DNA from: Amphiscolops sp. MND2022
Lineage: Eukaryota
Direction of reading: 5' to 3'
NCBI GenBank assembly: GCA_964187785.1
Contig: OZ076409.1
Coordinates: forward strand, 87,112,001 to 87,176,000
Length of the DNA stretch: 64,000 nucleotides
This document shows positions 1 to 13,445 of the stretch, in pieces (within the stretch, counting starts at the first letter, position 1; every line of letters begins with the position of its first letter). A model generated the notes under the pieces. That model ran no database searches, was not told the DNA's origin, and saw only the letters and a program-made list of their open reading frames with translations. A program made the position numbers and the translations under genes.

Positions 1-334
1 TCATAGTGGGAGCTGGTCTTTGCGACGCTGAGGGCGAGCGTGCTTACACTGCATATGCCCCACATTGATATTTTCGCTCTCAGAATGTCCTTTTTTGAAA
101 CAGGAATAACGTCTAAAACTTTAGACGCTATTCCCAAAAAATGATTTATTTTAGACGTTATTCCCGTTTTGTGTTTAGATGGGATTCCTCAGACGTTCCT
201 CCCGCTGCCACGTATTTTGATGATTTTTTAGTTTTGTTTACACTTGCGATAAGCAAGTGTTATGGGAAAGTGCGGGTGCTTTTTTTTTCCGCGCGACAAC
301 TCTCTGATTTCACGCGGCAACTCGCACGTTTCAG

Positions 335-975
335 GCGTTCGGGGTCTAGTGGTAAGATGCTTGCTTTTCAACCCAGAGGTTTCGTGTTCGAACCCGTGGG
401 TATGCGCTAATTTTTTGACAAGTATTCTGAAGCACAAGTTTCTCACTTTTTTCCGCACTGAGACTTTTCGGCTTTGTGAGACTTTTTTTCGAAATTTTTC
501 AAATGTCCCCAAAGAGTCCTTTCAATTTTTTGATATTTTGCAACAGAAAGAATGTTAAAAAATCCCAAAGGGTCCCCCCTTTTTTCAGAATTTTCGGCAC
601 TATGAGACTGTTCAAAATTCTCATTTTTGTTTTTTTTTCGAAAGTTTTTTTGAGACTCCCTTCTCATTTTTTGTTTTTTTTTCCAAAAATTTTTAATGTC
701 TACAAAGGGTCCACCCTTCTTTTTGTTTGATATCTTGCAACAGAACGAATGTTAAAAAATCTGAAAGGGTCCCGTTTTCCAGATTTTTCGGCACTATGAG
801 ACTGTCATTAAAATTTCCCATTTTTAGTTTTTTTTCGAAAATTTTTTAAAGATTCCAAAGGGTCCCCCTTCAATTTTGCAGAAATTTTGCAACAGAATGG
901 ATAATAAAAAATCTCAAAGGAGCCCCTCTTTCACAGTTTTCGACATTGTGAGATTTTTCAAAAGGAATAATTTTT
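335..975 (+). repeat. Interspersed repeat with tRNA-like head and internal degenerate tandem units (TTTTCGGCACTATGAGACT family); left part, resumes at about 18030
   Basis: A-box-like TCTAGTGGTAAG and B-box-like GTTCGAACCC at 335-405. Units containing GGCACTATGAGACT / AAAGGGTCCCCC / TTGCAACAGAA recur, and the same signature appears near 18140, 39950 (-) and 42645. Confidence 0.55.
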
Positions 976-1005
976 AGGAGTCGGAAAAAAGTTTCGACTA
1001 CTTAT

Positions 1006-1779
1006 TGTAACGGCAAGCTCTGGTACAGCAATATCAACCGATTTTGCAACTTTGACATGTTCAGAAATTTTGTCAAAAATTCTAATCCGATGTGTGACGT
1101 GGCACTGAGCATGTGATTGCTCTTTTCGCTGTTTCCACAAAATTGGCAGGTACTTCGACAACAAAGAGCAAGAATGAGCAAAAACACGGGCGCGCCGCCA
1201 TGAAAAGAAGCCAGAGACGGCAAGAACATCCGAAAATCGACTCTTTTTGAGGTGCTAACACCGGTTTTATCGATTTTCAGCATTATACTACCCTATGTAG
1301 TGGAAACCGTAAAAATGAGTCTTTTCGCCTAAAGATCCTTGTTTGGTGCTTGGAGCCCCTGCGCCCCAGCTTTTTAGCTGTGTGGTTTGCCATATTCGTG
1401 GCTGTTCTCATGTATTTTCAGTGATTTTGTCTGTATTCAGTAGCGCTAGCGCTAGTTTAGATCTTATTCCCCAATTTTAGATCTTATTCACATGTCACCC
1501 TGGAACTGGAAATTTACCTTATTCTTGGCATTGTTTTTATATGCTAGTTAAGCGGTGGTCTTTAGAGAGCCAGAAAGATGCCCGTTACTATTAGCAATCA
1601 AAGACTAGGACCGGTTGGACAGTATTCGTCGAAGCAGCCGCGGCCCCGGGACGTATTTCACCACTGGAGGCAAAATGGATCTGTGGCGATGGGCGCCTGT
1701 CCCGAGCGATTCACCCATTTCTGCAGGTTCCTCCACCTCTGTTAACGTGTTAAGCGACCGATAACTGCTTGCCGTTACA
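1006..1779 (+). repeat. 5' LTR of Gypsy element 1 (774 bp)
   Basis: TGTAACGGCAAGC...GCTTGCCGTTACA (13-bp terminal inverted repeat). About 97% identical to 16603-17372 by manual comparison (roughly 20 substitutions and one 4-bp indel). Confidence 0.95.
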
Positions 1780-1794
1780 TGAGACCTCATTTTT

Positions 1795-1811
1795 TGGCGA
1801 CCACAGAGGGA
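1795..1811 (+). promoter_or_regulatory. Primer-binding site, probably tRNA-Arg
   Basis: TGGCGACCACAGAGGGA resembles the complement of the tRNA-Arg(TCG) 3' end; it lies 15 nt after the LTR. Confidence 0.6.
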
Positions 1812-4800
1812 TCGCTTCCGATTACTGCCCTATTATATGGTTTTGAAATTTCCGACCCCCTGGTATTGGACGCCACGAACGATTGGACTCTGGAAGGAGA
1901 CGTTTACCCAGAGTTTTTCGATGATATTTTTTAGATGATATGACGTTATATTTTGGTATTTTTCCTGTATTTCGGGGGATTTTTCCGAGTACCTTTGGTA
2001 TGTTTTGATAACAGGTATTTGTTGACAGGTATCGTCTAAAATTGCAAGGTTCCCATCAGCGGGTATCTTTTTTGCAGGTGTAGAGGACCGTAGCACGTGG
2101 CTACGGATGTTTAACAGGTTTTTTGAGCTATTTTCAGCCATTTTATGCCATGCAAGAAGGTGACTGGTGGATGGTTAGCCACGAGCCAGCGAGGCGGCAG
2201 AGGGGTCAAATCGTGTGTTGCCTACTTCCTACTCTCATTTCTCGTGGAGACGTCCTAGAGGTATGGTTTTTGGTGGACAGCAAGTGCAATAGCAGACGAT
2301 GCTAATGGTCCAAACCGCGTGTCTCTATCTGGTCTGGATGTGGAGAAAAAACGTGGTGAAGATGTACCCCCTGTGACCATAAGTGTCGCTCAAATGGCTC
2401 ATGGTGGGCGAAAATTTTGAAAATGAACCTTTTTCGATGGGAAATTGTTTGGTAAGCCTAGTTTCCTCTTGTTGCAACTTAGTGTGTGCTTTTGCACCCG
2501 TTTTTAGTGGAAAAAGTGCGATTTTTAGTGCAAAAGTCGCAAAAACGTGATTTTTGGCATTTTTGAGTACTTTTCTTGGTACGAGCGCGAGCGCTCGAAG
2601 TATTAGCCACAGCAGTTGCAAAAATGAATAGAAAGCAGCCCAAAACCTTGAGGGTTATGCTACATAATGTAACGACAACCAGAAAGGCCGTTGGAGTCCT
2701 TTTTGAGACACATTTTGCATGAAAAAACCCGGTTTTTGGCGAAATTGGCAAAAAACCACTATGAAATGCCACTAGGAGAGTGCTGGATTGTAATGTAATT
2801 GCCTCTTCCGTGCTGCTATTAGTTTGGGGCACACTCCACAGTACCGAAAATAGGATTTAAGAGAGTTTGTAACGTTTTCTTGGTGAGAACAGGTCGAAAA
2901 ACCTTGATTTTTGGCCAGTTTCCGGAGTGCCAGAGTGCATCATTAAAACCTCTGGGGCACTCAGTGTTATCGAGACCTGGGAGCCCGCGCGCTCTCATTT
3001 TCTGTTTTTATAGTAAAAATAACGCATTGTGGTGAAAACCGCGTGCAAAAATTCCTTTTCAGTGCTGAGAAAAGTGGAAAAACGCACTGAATTTGATCAA
3101 TTTTCCACAAAACCGGACTGTCTGTGAGCTAGGGTCGGGTCATCGATTCCTGAACCCTAGCCAAAAAGTGGTTGCATTTTCGTAACCACCACAAAAATTA
3201 ACGTTAGTGCCGAAAATTTGGTGAGCGTATCGGTCACCAAAGTCGAGAAAAGCTCTCTGACGTTTCGACTTCAGAGAAGCGTAAAAGGACCGAAAAAATC
3301 CAAAACTGCAGGACTGTCAGTGCCTTATACCCAACGGGCACAACCAATTGAGGGTTTATCCCAGTGCTACGGTTAGTGGGGCAACACGTTGGTCCCATTT
3401 TGTCCGCCGTATCACTTTCTGAGGTGATCCTCTTGGTCAATTTGTGAAAAAAGTCGTCAAAAACAGTGTTTTTTCGTGTACAACGTACATAGTGGGTCGA
3501 AACCTCAAATAAGCGCTCGCGCTTCAATTCGACCATATCAGTGGCATTGTAGGTGCCCACTGGCATAAACTACTAAGTTTAGTGCCGATCTGTGTGATAC
3601 TTGTTGAGAAAATAGCAAAAACGTGGCACCCAAAAAAGCGTGCAAAAAGGCAGTTTTTTCTTAATTTTTCCAAGTAACCCGGGCATCTTAGCCGACGGGT
3701 GGGGCTATATTGCAGCCCACCATCGTAACCTGTGCTAGTTCCTACGTTGCTGCAGAGAATTTGAGCTTGCTAGCTCGTTCCAGTGGACCGCAATCTTGAA
3801 AAAGACGTGAAAAACAGTGTATTTTGGTACATTGTGGTACCGCAAGTCTATACCTAGGTGAAACTGTGTAGAACGGGCGCAGCTCAATTCTGTGTTCATT
3901 TTCGTAAACATACGTGTACCTAAGATCTGCTGGTCAATTTTGGGCTGGATACGGCGCTTCCAGTGCACACACGAGCCTCTGGAGAGTTGTTGTGCGATTT
4001 TTGGAAAATCCAAAAATCTTTGAAATTCTTCCTGTGGGTGACTGGAGACTTCTTGCCCCAAACCAGTTGATTTTCTGGCCCAGTGTGCTTGTGGGAAAGC
4101 GCTGTGCAAATTTGAACAGCCTACGAGCCTTAGAACGTGTTTTGAAAAATCTTGGACGTTGAAAAAACATCAATTTTCTTAAGTCCTCACCGAGACGAAC
4201 AGAGGGCCAAATCCTTGAGGAGACCCCCTGCAAGCCTACCAGCGTCTGTTTCACTACTCTAACAGCGTGGTTGGTGCCTACTGACAGCGTCTGCCAAGTT
4301 TGGTGTCAATTGCTACTATATCTGTTGAGAAATTGACTAAAACAAACTGCACAAGAAGGTGCGCAAGAAGGCGAATTCTACGAAGTCTTGTGGGATTGCC
4401 TGAACACCTTATTCAAAGAGTGGGGCCAAATTGATGCCCACCATCGTAACCAGTGCAAGTTTATCGTATTGTTGCCGAAAAAACGAGCTTGAGAGCTCTT
4501 TGCAGTTTGCCGGAATCTGAGTTGACACGTGAAGAACACTGCATATTGGAACACGGTGATACCGAACGTCTGTACTGTGTTGAAGCTTCACCTAGTCATC
4601 TCAGCAGAAATCAGCTATTATTCCCTTGTATCTCAACTTACGTGGAACTGTGTGGTTGATTTTGAAGCCGATCCTGCGTTTCTAGCGTTAGCGCTAGCCT
4701 CTGGAGTTTTTTTCAAGTGAAGCTGAAAAACCCAAAAAACATCTGAAAAACCTCTGACCTGTGACTGGATCCTAATACCCCAATTCTGGACTCACTTTTT

Positions 4801-6397
4801 GGGTCAGTGCATCAATCCGGAAGTGCTGTATACCTTCCAGCACGCTACAACCCTTGGAACTTATTTCGACGCTTCTCGGACGTGCATATTCATTGTGTCT
4901 GTTAGAGGTCTCACCGAGACGAAAACTGGGAAAGTGAGAGAAAAATCATTTCTACGTGTTGGAAACCTGTTGAAGCCCCTAGTTTGAACTCCCAGCAGTT
5001 AGTTCATTGCTGTGCGTGTGATATTTGATCAGTATCGAGTGGGCTGCCTTGCTGGATCATAGCATTTTGTTACTTGAAGTTGTGATATCCTGTGTATTGT
5101 AACGAATTGGATCATTTTTTGGAACTATCGGCGCACCTTATTGGGAAGTTGGGATTACGTTGCCCTGGACTATTCTTATTAGTGTCATTTGGTGCACCGT
5201 TGCTGAAAAAAGTGAGCTCGAGAGCTCAGCACTGTGGACGAGAGTCTTTGATTGCATGTGAAAAATCGTGTCAATCGAGACACGGTGATACGGAACGTCA
5301 GTATCAGATCTAAATCTTGCCCAGTGGTCTGAATTCTCTTTGGTTGTTACTGTAGTGTAACTGGCTATACGTGTGATCGCATGACCAATTTTGAGCCCGA
5401 TACCACGTTTCCAGCATTTGTAAAAGCCATCTGAGTGATTTTCGAAAAAAGTTGAAAAATCCTAAAATAGATGAAAAAGGCTCTAGCTTGGAGCTGGAGG
5501 CAATTATCAGCTACGGAAGGTTATTTTTCTGACTTATGTGGCTGACAAATTGTGCTGTGTCATTTTGTACCCAGTACGATTGACAAAACCGAATTTGACT
5601 CTGTTCAGACACACGTCTTGAACAAAATTCAGAAAACACCAGAAAATCTATCATTGTAAACCTTCAATACTTCCGCTGTACAGGAGGCAAACCCGAAAAG
5701 CCTTCATTTTCCAACGGAAGGGACCCAATAGACCTTCCTGGGTGCAAACGAGGCAAATCCCACGGTTGAAAAAAATTGCCGGCAGGGGTCATAAATTTTG
5801 GACTCCTCTGGAACTTTGAAATTTTCCTGAACAGTTCAAGGCAGCAGTTTTAAGTGCCTGCGACGCACTCTGGACTACATTTTTACATTTTTCCAAACGA
5901 AAATCTCTAGGAGTTACCTTGAGCAGGGTTTTCGATATCCAAAAGAGACCCTGAGTGTTCCCACTTAGCCAAAATCACAAGATTTTGGGAGGAGCAACTT
6001 CCTAGTGACGAAAAATTTGACCGGGTTGCCCGAGTGTGACACCTTTTTGAACACTCTGGTTCCTCATTTTGGTGTTATTTCGCTGTATCGAGTAGCATCA
6101 ACGCCGATTATTACGCCAAATTTGCAGAGAACTCTTTTGGGCAATTGCAAAATACCCAAATCTCTTGAGGTTGAGAGGTCGACAAACCGCTCAACTGTCT
6201 GTTTGGTGCGCACTATCCAACTTGGCTGCAGCAATTTGCTCTAGAGCAAAATTTTCTAGTCCACTGAGCAGTCTGCGAAGTGTTGAGCAGTTTTCAGCAC
6301 GCTGTGATTGCTAGAAAATCTCTTGACTTTGACCCTGACACTGAACTTGGGTACACTGGTGGTTCTAGTCAAGCAGTTGGAAGCCTGTAAAGCTGAA

Positions 6398-9066
6398 ATG
6401 AAACGTTGGAAAATCTTCCACCGCCTCCGTTCCTTTTTTAAAGGGAAAAAGAGTGTCAGTGCAGCACAACCAATAGATGTTCATGATGTTCAACCTCAAA
6501 ATGAATCCCAAATGGTAGATGAACATGACCGATCGACGAAGTTAGAGGATTTGAACTTGAAAGATTGGCCTTTGGAGGATAGTTTCAAACCTGTCTCCAA
6601 TTTTCTAGACTCAATGCCATCTAACTCTCAGGATACCGAGCCGGAGAGGAGCATAAGGACTCCCAGTCCTAGTTCAGTATCGTCGTCGAATGATCTCTCC
6701 ATAAAGCCAGTATTCAGTTTTATCAGAAACAGGATCAACAATTAGAGGCCCTGGAGCAACAGATGGATGAAATATCAATCTCGTTGGTACAAAGTGAGAT
6801 ACGTATGGAGAAATTGCTAGCACGAGTGCTAGCACAAATGCAGTCGATAAATGCAGAAGTGCAGGCACACCTCAGAAATGCCGATATCAATGTTTCAAAC
6901 GACGTCAAATCAGAACCATTGACACCGCCATTAAAAGACATGGAGGTGGACCCAATATCTTTGGACACTACAACCATGGGTATTGCTGACACTTTGCCTG
7001 AATATCACGCCGATGATAATGGGTTGCGCGAGCGCAACCTCTACTCAAGTGATACGAAGAATGAACGAATATCTATCTCATCCTCCATTTCCTTATCGCA
7101 GGATTCTTTAAGCAACTCTCACTTCCCTGGAACAAAGTCCCTAATATCAACTACGAAGTTGCTACCGAGTTTGCTGAAAGACTCCTTTGAGCCACATTCT
7201 GCTACATCTAACGCTGGAATGAAACCTTCGGAAATATTCCAACGCCACTGCTTCCTTTTGAAGGGGGGAGAGGGCACCAGCGCAGCACAACCAATCGATG
7301 AACCGGCCTCGATATCTTCGAACAACGCAACCATGGGCATGGCTCACACGTTGCCAAAGGATCACACTGTTCGAGGCAGGTTGCTCGAGAGCAATCATGG
7401 TACTGATGACCCAAAAGATGAATTGATATCTCCAGAAAAATTGAAATTCACGGAGGCGATATTCAAAGCCATGGCTGAAGAGTTGGCTCCCTTGATTGCC
7501 AATCGTGATCAAACCGCTGTTCGACCAACCTTATACAGAGGTTCGAAAGACGGGACTGTTGAAGAGTGGTTGCTCGTGATGAAACGGTATTTGGAGCGAG
7601 TTTATTCCAATGCTTCTCCTGTCGACAAGGCCTGGGCGATAATCGATCACTTAGGTGATGAAGCTCGGAGTTTTATAATCAACAAACCGCAGTCCGAACG
7701 GGATTCTCACGAGAAGGTGACTACCTTGCTCTCCAGCAGATTTGGGACTGGGAGTAACCGCTGGCCAGTGAGGCAGGCTTTCAGGTTGCGGAATCAGCTT
7801 GAGAAAGAGGGCCTGATGCAGTATCTAGATGCATTAGAGGGTCTGAGGAGTCAGGGTTTTCCTGATGAGCCTATCACAACCCGACGCTATGAAATCTTGC
7901 ATCGGTTCATGGATGGGGTCAGCGATCCCGTGTTGCAACGAGAACTGACGGTAGTGTTTGCGACTGAGGCGTATCTAGCCGACCCACCTACCGTAGAATC
8001 ACTTCGGTTCACTGTACAGGAACTCCAAAGGAGTCGTCACCAACAACAGCCTCGTGACCCAGGGTGCACCGAGACTTTACCTTACCAGTGCCTACAGAGC
8101 GACCAAGTGCCGGGGTCACCAGTGGCTCCGCAGTATGAATCGCTGCCACCCCTTGCACGCCGGTCGGCGCGATTGCCGATGCCGGCTGCGTCAGTACACA
8201 CAACCCCTGAATACAGACAGACAGCAACCTTAGAGCAATCCGCGCGCTGCTTGCAGAGTGCTTGCGCGAGACGCAAGCTGGTGGTGCATCGCCCGGAGCA
8301 TATTCTTGACCCACACGGTGAGTCCCAGCAAGGTGCTGCAGCAGCGGTTCCAGCGCCTGCTGTCCCAGTGAAATCGTGCACAACTGAGGTGTCTGCAGGT
8401 TGTCCAACATTATCAATCCAGTCAGAAACTTCCAGCCCTAGGGCTGAAGAAAAGAAGAAAACGGATGCAACGCAAACCCTGTCTACTGCCTCTGGCAGGG
8501 TATTAATGCTACGTCCAGCTGACCAAGCCACCGTAAATGCTCCATTGACTGTCACCTGTGGCACAAAGCAGGTGCAGACAGGTTTGGAGTCCACAACGTT
8601 TGACCCTAGTGGCCGGACTTTATTGTCTGTACACCTAGTGCTGGCGTCGGAGCAACAAATACGCCCAGATTTGACCTTGGAAAAATTGAAGCTCGAGTTA
8701 GCTAGCAATTCGGCTGTCAAAAACATCTCCTTACCACTGCCAAAAGAATGGTATGCTGAAGGCGAAGCTAGTACGTGCACGGCATACACCCCAGTTCATG
8801 TGCATGCCAACATAGATGGCGTGGACATGAAATTTGATGCTAGCGTGGTAGTAGTTGTGTTCCCTCAAGGAGTGTGTCTAGGGCCACATGAATTACGCTG
8901 CTATAGCATCAGCAAGCAGGAGCCCACAGGTGAGGCCCGCATAGATGAGCGTGCGTCGCTCGTTGTATCTTTTGCAGTGCCAGATGCCAACCCTATTCCA
9001 CTGAGAGGAATGGTCGACACGGGGTCAGGCGTATCAATCATGAGTTTCTCACCTTCAACCGTGTAG
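6398..9066 (+). pseudogene. gag: gag (capsid-like) and start of protease, Gypsy element 1; frameshift near 6740
   Basis: Capsid-like segment PTLYRGSKDGTVEEWLLVMKRYL...LSSRFG; aspartic protease motif MVDTGSG at 9010-9030. Confidence 0.8.
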
Positions 9067-12000
9067 CCTTGCGGACAGGTGTAGCGCTACAACCTTATCG
9101 AATCGACTTGTATGCTGCTAATGGGAAGATGATGAAAACGTTTGGAATAGCGGAGCGTGTGCGCTTCCAACTTGGTGGATATGAACTCGAAACAAATTTC
9201 GTGGTCGTTGATGACGCACATGGCTTGGAAGATTTCTTGCTGGGTAGGAATTTTCTGCGAGCATATAACGTGCTCGTAGATCTGACCGCCATGAAAATAG
9301 TGGGTGCGAGCCCCGGCTAAGCCCGTGTGGCATCACGCACACGCCCAGACGAGCGATGAAACTTTATCCAGCACAGTAGTTTTGGATCAAGACGTGGTGC
9401 TACAGACATTCGAGTGTGCTGTTCTACGTGCCAAGGTGGTCACTTCGGACTTGGAAGCTTTCGCTTTCAGTAATGTTGTGATTAACTTTGCAACACCGAA
9501 CCGATTGCTGAAGAACACTATATTCGTGGAAGACACTATAGCCACTGTTGGAGAGACAAGTTCGTTCTATGTCTCTGTTGGCAATCTGACAAGCAATGCC
9601 CAGAAAGTGAAGTGCGGAACCATGCTTGGTACTGCTGCGCCAGTACGCCTAGTCTACCATGCAGTCCCCCAATGTGCGCTAGCGCACAAAGGCGAAAGTG
9701 ACAAAAAATCGGACTCCCCAAATGAGTTCGTCAACAGGGTCTATTCTGAAATGGACCTGAACTCGCATTCAAAATGTTCGTCGTCGTCGGAGTTCGAGTT
9801 TCTCTCCTCTACAGACCCATCGGAGGAGGGGTTGTCAGAGCGGGAGATCAGAAAGCGCACTGACCCTGATCTCTTGGCCCCTATTCCTGGACCCGAATCT
9901 CAGTTAGAGGAGGTACAAAAGTTGTGGGGGAAGACTGCCCGCGACTCGCTGAACAACATCCTTACGGAATTTGATGAACTATTCATGAAGCACAAAGCAG
10001 ACATTGGTCGCTGCACAATAGCCAAGCATCCTGTTGAGTTGGAGCCTGGGGTTACACCGCACCGTGAAGGCGCGAGAAGAATGTCGCCTGACAAGGCGGA
10101 GCGCGCTAATCAAGAAGTACGCAATCTCCTGGCTTTGGGCATGATCCAACCTTCGCTATCACCTTGGGCGAGTGGGATTGTGATGGTAAAAAAGAAAAAT
10201 GGGGAGTTGCGATTCTGCTGCGACTTTCGCCCCTCAACGCTGTCACAATAAAGGACGCGTATCCCCTCCCACGCATCGATGAAAGCCTTTCACGCTTGGG
10301 TAAGGCCAAGATTTACACCAGTATTGATTTGGCCTGGGCTTTCTGGCAGATACCAGTGCGCAAAGCAGATAGGCAGAAAACGGCCTTTGCTTGCGAGCTG
10401 GGTTTGTTTGAATGGAGGCGTATGCCCTTTGGGATGTGTAACGCTTCAGCTACTTTCCAGCGAGCCATAGCGCGAGCGCTACGGAAAATTGTGAACCGGG
10501 AAGGAAGCATGGTAATGACGTACATTGACGACATCGTCATTGCTACCGAGACAGTCGAGGACCACATGGTACGCTTACGCGAGGTATTTGAATGTCTGCG
10601 CGAAGCTGGCTTCAAAATGAGAGTCGCTAAGTGCGACTTTATGAAGTCGGAAATCAAGTACCTGGGACGTGTGGTCTCTGCCGAAGGCATCAAACCTGAT
10701 CCTAAAGCAGTAGCAAAACTACGCGATTGGGAAGTACCGAGGAACAAAACAGAGATGCAAAGCTTTTTGGGCTTCGCCAACTATTATCGAGAGTTTATTC
10801 CTTGGCACGCCAAGCTTGTGGCCCCCTTGCATGCTATTACCGGCCTGGGCGCGACTTTCGCCTGGGGGGATGAGCAGCAACAGGCTTTCAACGCCGTCAA
10901 ATTGGCTTTGATTGAGGCAACTGCCTTGGCGCAACCGGACTCGGAGGGCGAATTTGTGCTGGACACTGATGCCAGTGCTGTTGCAATTTCCGGCATTTTG
11001 CATCAGTGGCAGGGTCCTCCGGGCGAAAAGCGCCTGAGACCAATTGTGTATGGTAGCAAGAAGTTGAATGCCACTCAAGCGAAGTATGGCGCTCCCAAGC
11101 TTGAAATGTACGCAGCTTATTATTTCATCTTGAAGAATCACAGCTATCTCTGCTCCAGAAAGTTCATCCTTCGGGATGACAATCAAGCTCTCTCTTGGCT
11201 CAAAACGTATTCCACTGATCAGGCCTTGATTGGACGATGGATTATGGCACTCGAGAAGTACCATTTCAAAGTGGAGCATCGTCCCAGGACACAGCATAGG
11301 AATGCCGATGGCCTCAGTAAACGAACCAATGATTATCGGTGGCGAGAGAAGCAGCTCGAGAAGCTGCCAGCTGTGACAGACAAGTGGAATTTCCTCTCAC
11401 AGGAGGAGTTTGACCAGCTGCCCGTTGCACCTTGGTTCGATTTGCATGGTCGGGTGATACCCAATCACCCCCAATTGCCCGCTCACTTGCGGAACACTAA
11501 ACCAGACCCCACAAATGCAGTTTGTCGTGTTGCACGACGGCGTAAGCGCCGTCAGGCCGCTGAGAAAAGGGAGAGGGCGCTACGCGCTCCTCTACCTGAG
11601 GCACTAGTGCCTACATTGCAAACTCACGAAGACTTCTATCCAGATTATCCTGAGGACTGGATTGACGTCACTGAAGAGGCTAGGCAAGATTACTTGCTGC
11701 CTACACATGTGGCAAATATCCCCTCACGCATGACATATGCCCTTGACGAAACAGTGGAGCAAGCCATGGCTTCCGCTCCAACGGTGGTTAGGCAAGCTGC
11801 CCTAGCCATCAAAGACATAGACACGGAACTCCATGAACATGCCAACACGGTGCATGGCATCAAGGATCTGCTTTTGGCGCAGAATCGTGATGTGCATGTG
11901 CTAGCCATAAAGAAGTTGGTAGCACAAGAGTCTATTGATCATGACATTTTTCCTGACGACGTGCGTGCGTTCGCACGTAACTATTACAAGCAGAAAAAAG

Positions 12001-13445
12001 ATCTCCTGTTTGTGAACCAAAATGGAATTCTTTGTGTTGAGTATCCACCTCAGCAACGTCCACTGCACGAACGTCCGTGCATGATTGTAATGCCACAATT
12101 GTACCAGCATGAAATTTTGTTTCGTGCTCATGATGCCATGGGCCACCAAGGCATTGCAAAGGTGGTTTCGCGAATCCAAGAACGCCACACCTGGCCAGGT
12201 ATTCGCCGCAGCGTTGGTCAGTACGTGAGTCAGTGCCTCACGTGCCAGCAAGTACGTGACAGGCCGGGTGACGTTCGGTTTCACTTGAAAAATATCCAAA
12301 GTGGGTATTTCAATGAGTTGGTCCTGTATGACCATCTGAAAATATGCCCCTCCGATAACAATAACACCGGCATATTGGTGATAATTGACCATTTCTCCAA
12401 GTTTGCGGAGGCTGTACCCTGCAGCCATGAGGATTACGATGCAGTGACCACGTCTAGGTTGCTTCTGCAGAAATGGTTTGCCAGACACGGCACGCCTACG
12501 CGAATGCAATCAGACAATGCCCCCAACTTGACTGCAGAGGTATCCAATGAGTTCATGAGGGCATCTCAGGTCACAAAAGTTACCTCTACGGCGGGTCATC
12601 CGCGCACCCAAGGCCTGGTTGAACGACAAAATCGGACTTTGCTGACTTTGTTGCGGGTATTTTGCTCGCGTCGCATGAGAGATTGGGACCAGCATTTGGA
12701 TGAAGTCATGGGAGCGTATAACTCAACGCGCCATGCCACGACTGGGTTTTCACCCTACATGCTGACCCGAGGGACCGAAAAGGCTACTCCTCTCACCTAT
12801 CTGTATCCGGAATTCGCAGCCAGATCATTTGAATCGCATGGAGCTTATGTGGAGCATATTCTTGCTCGCCAGCAAGAGATTCATGACTTGGTGCGTAGAA
12901 ACACGCATCAGGCGCAACAACGTCAAAAGCTAAAGTACGATCGAGCTATTCGTGCAAACGCATACAATGTGGGAGACCCCGTTTGGGTATTCTGCCGCTA
13001 TGTACCTCAAAAAGGATCACCGAAGTTGATGAGAGCTTGGCGTGGTCCGCACAAGGTTGTCCATGTACTACAAGATGGCCGCGTCTATATCCTGGACTCA
13101 GGACAAAAAGTGCACTTCGAGCGGCTGAAACCTCACCATGGTGGCCCTACGGAGTTTGTTGCGCTTCCCTCGGGGAGTGGCGAAGTGGTCGTGGTCATGG
13201 ATCCTGAGCCTGAGCACTCTGCTGAGGAGATCCCAGATGACTGCTCGCAACCCTCATATCGTGAGGAAGCACCGCTCTCTGAAGCATCAGATGTATCGCT
13301 ACCATCAAGGGGACGCCACTGGATGGACACCAGGTTGCGTACTAGAATGCGAGCTGGAGGCAGTCGTCTCCACTATCAGCAATTTGACTGTTCCAGTTCC
13401 GACTCAGAGCGTTCGCGCTCTGACGACTTGCTGTCAGATGCCTGA
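9010..13445 (+). pseudogene. pol: pol (PR-RT-RNase H-integrase), Gypsy element 1; frameshifts near 9050, 9305 and 10230
   Basis: DTG protease; RT YPLPRID, MPFG and YIDD; RNase H DTDAS and NADGLS; IN H-x4-H...CLTC, SDNA, GLVERQN; GPY/F-like WRGPHKV. Confidence 0.95.

Noticed and set aside
335..405. Functional tRNA gene
   Set aside because: Has A/B-box-like motifs but poor stem pairing, and heads a dispersed repeat; treated as a tRNA-derived repeat head.
9040..10251. Programmed frameshifts within Gypsy 1 pol (also BEL/Pao 30300-30600 and env-Gypsy 47495)
   Set aside because: They fall inside conserved domains, several in homopolymer runs; more likely decay or sequencing indels.
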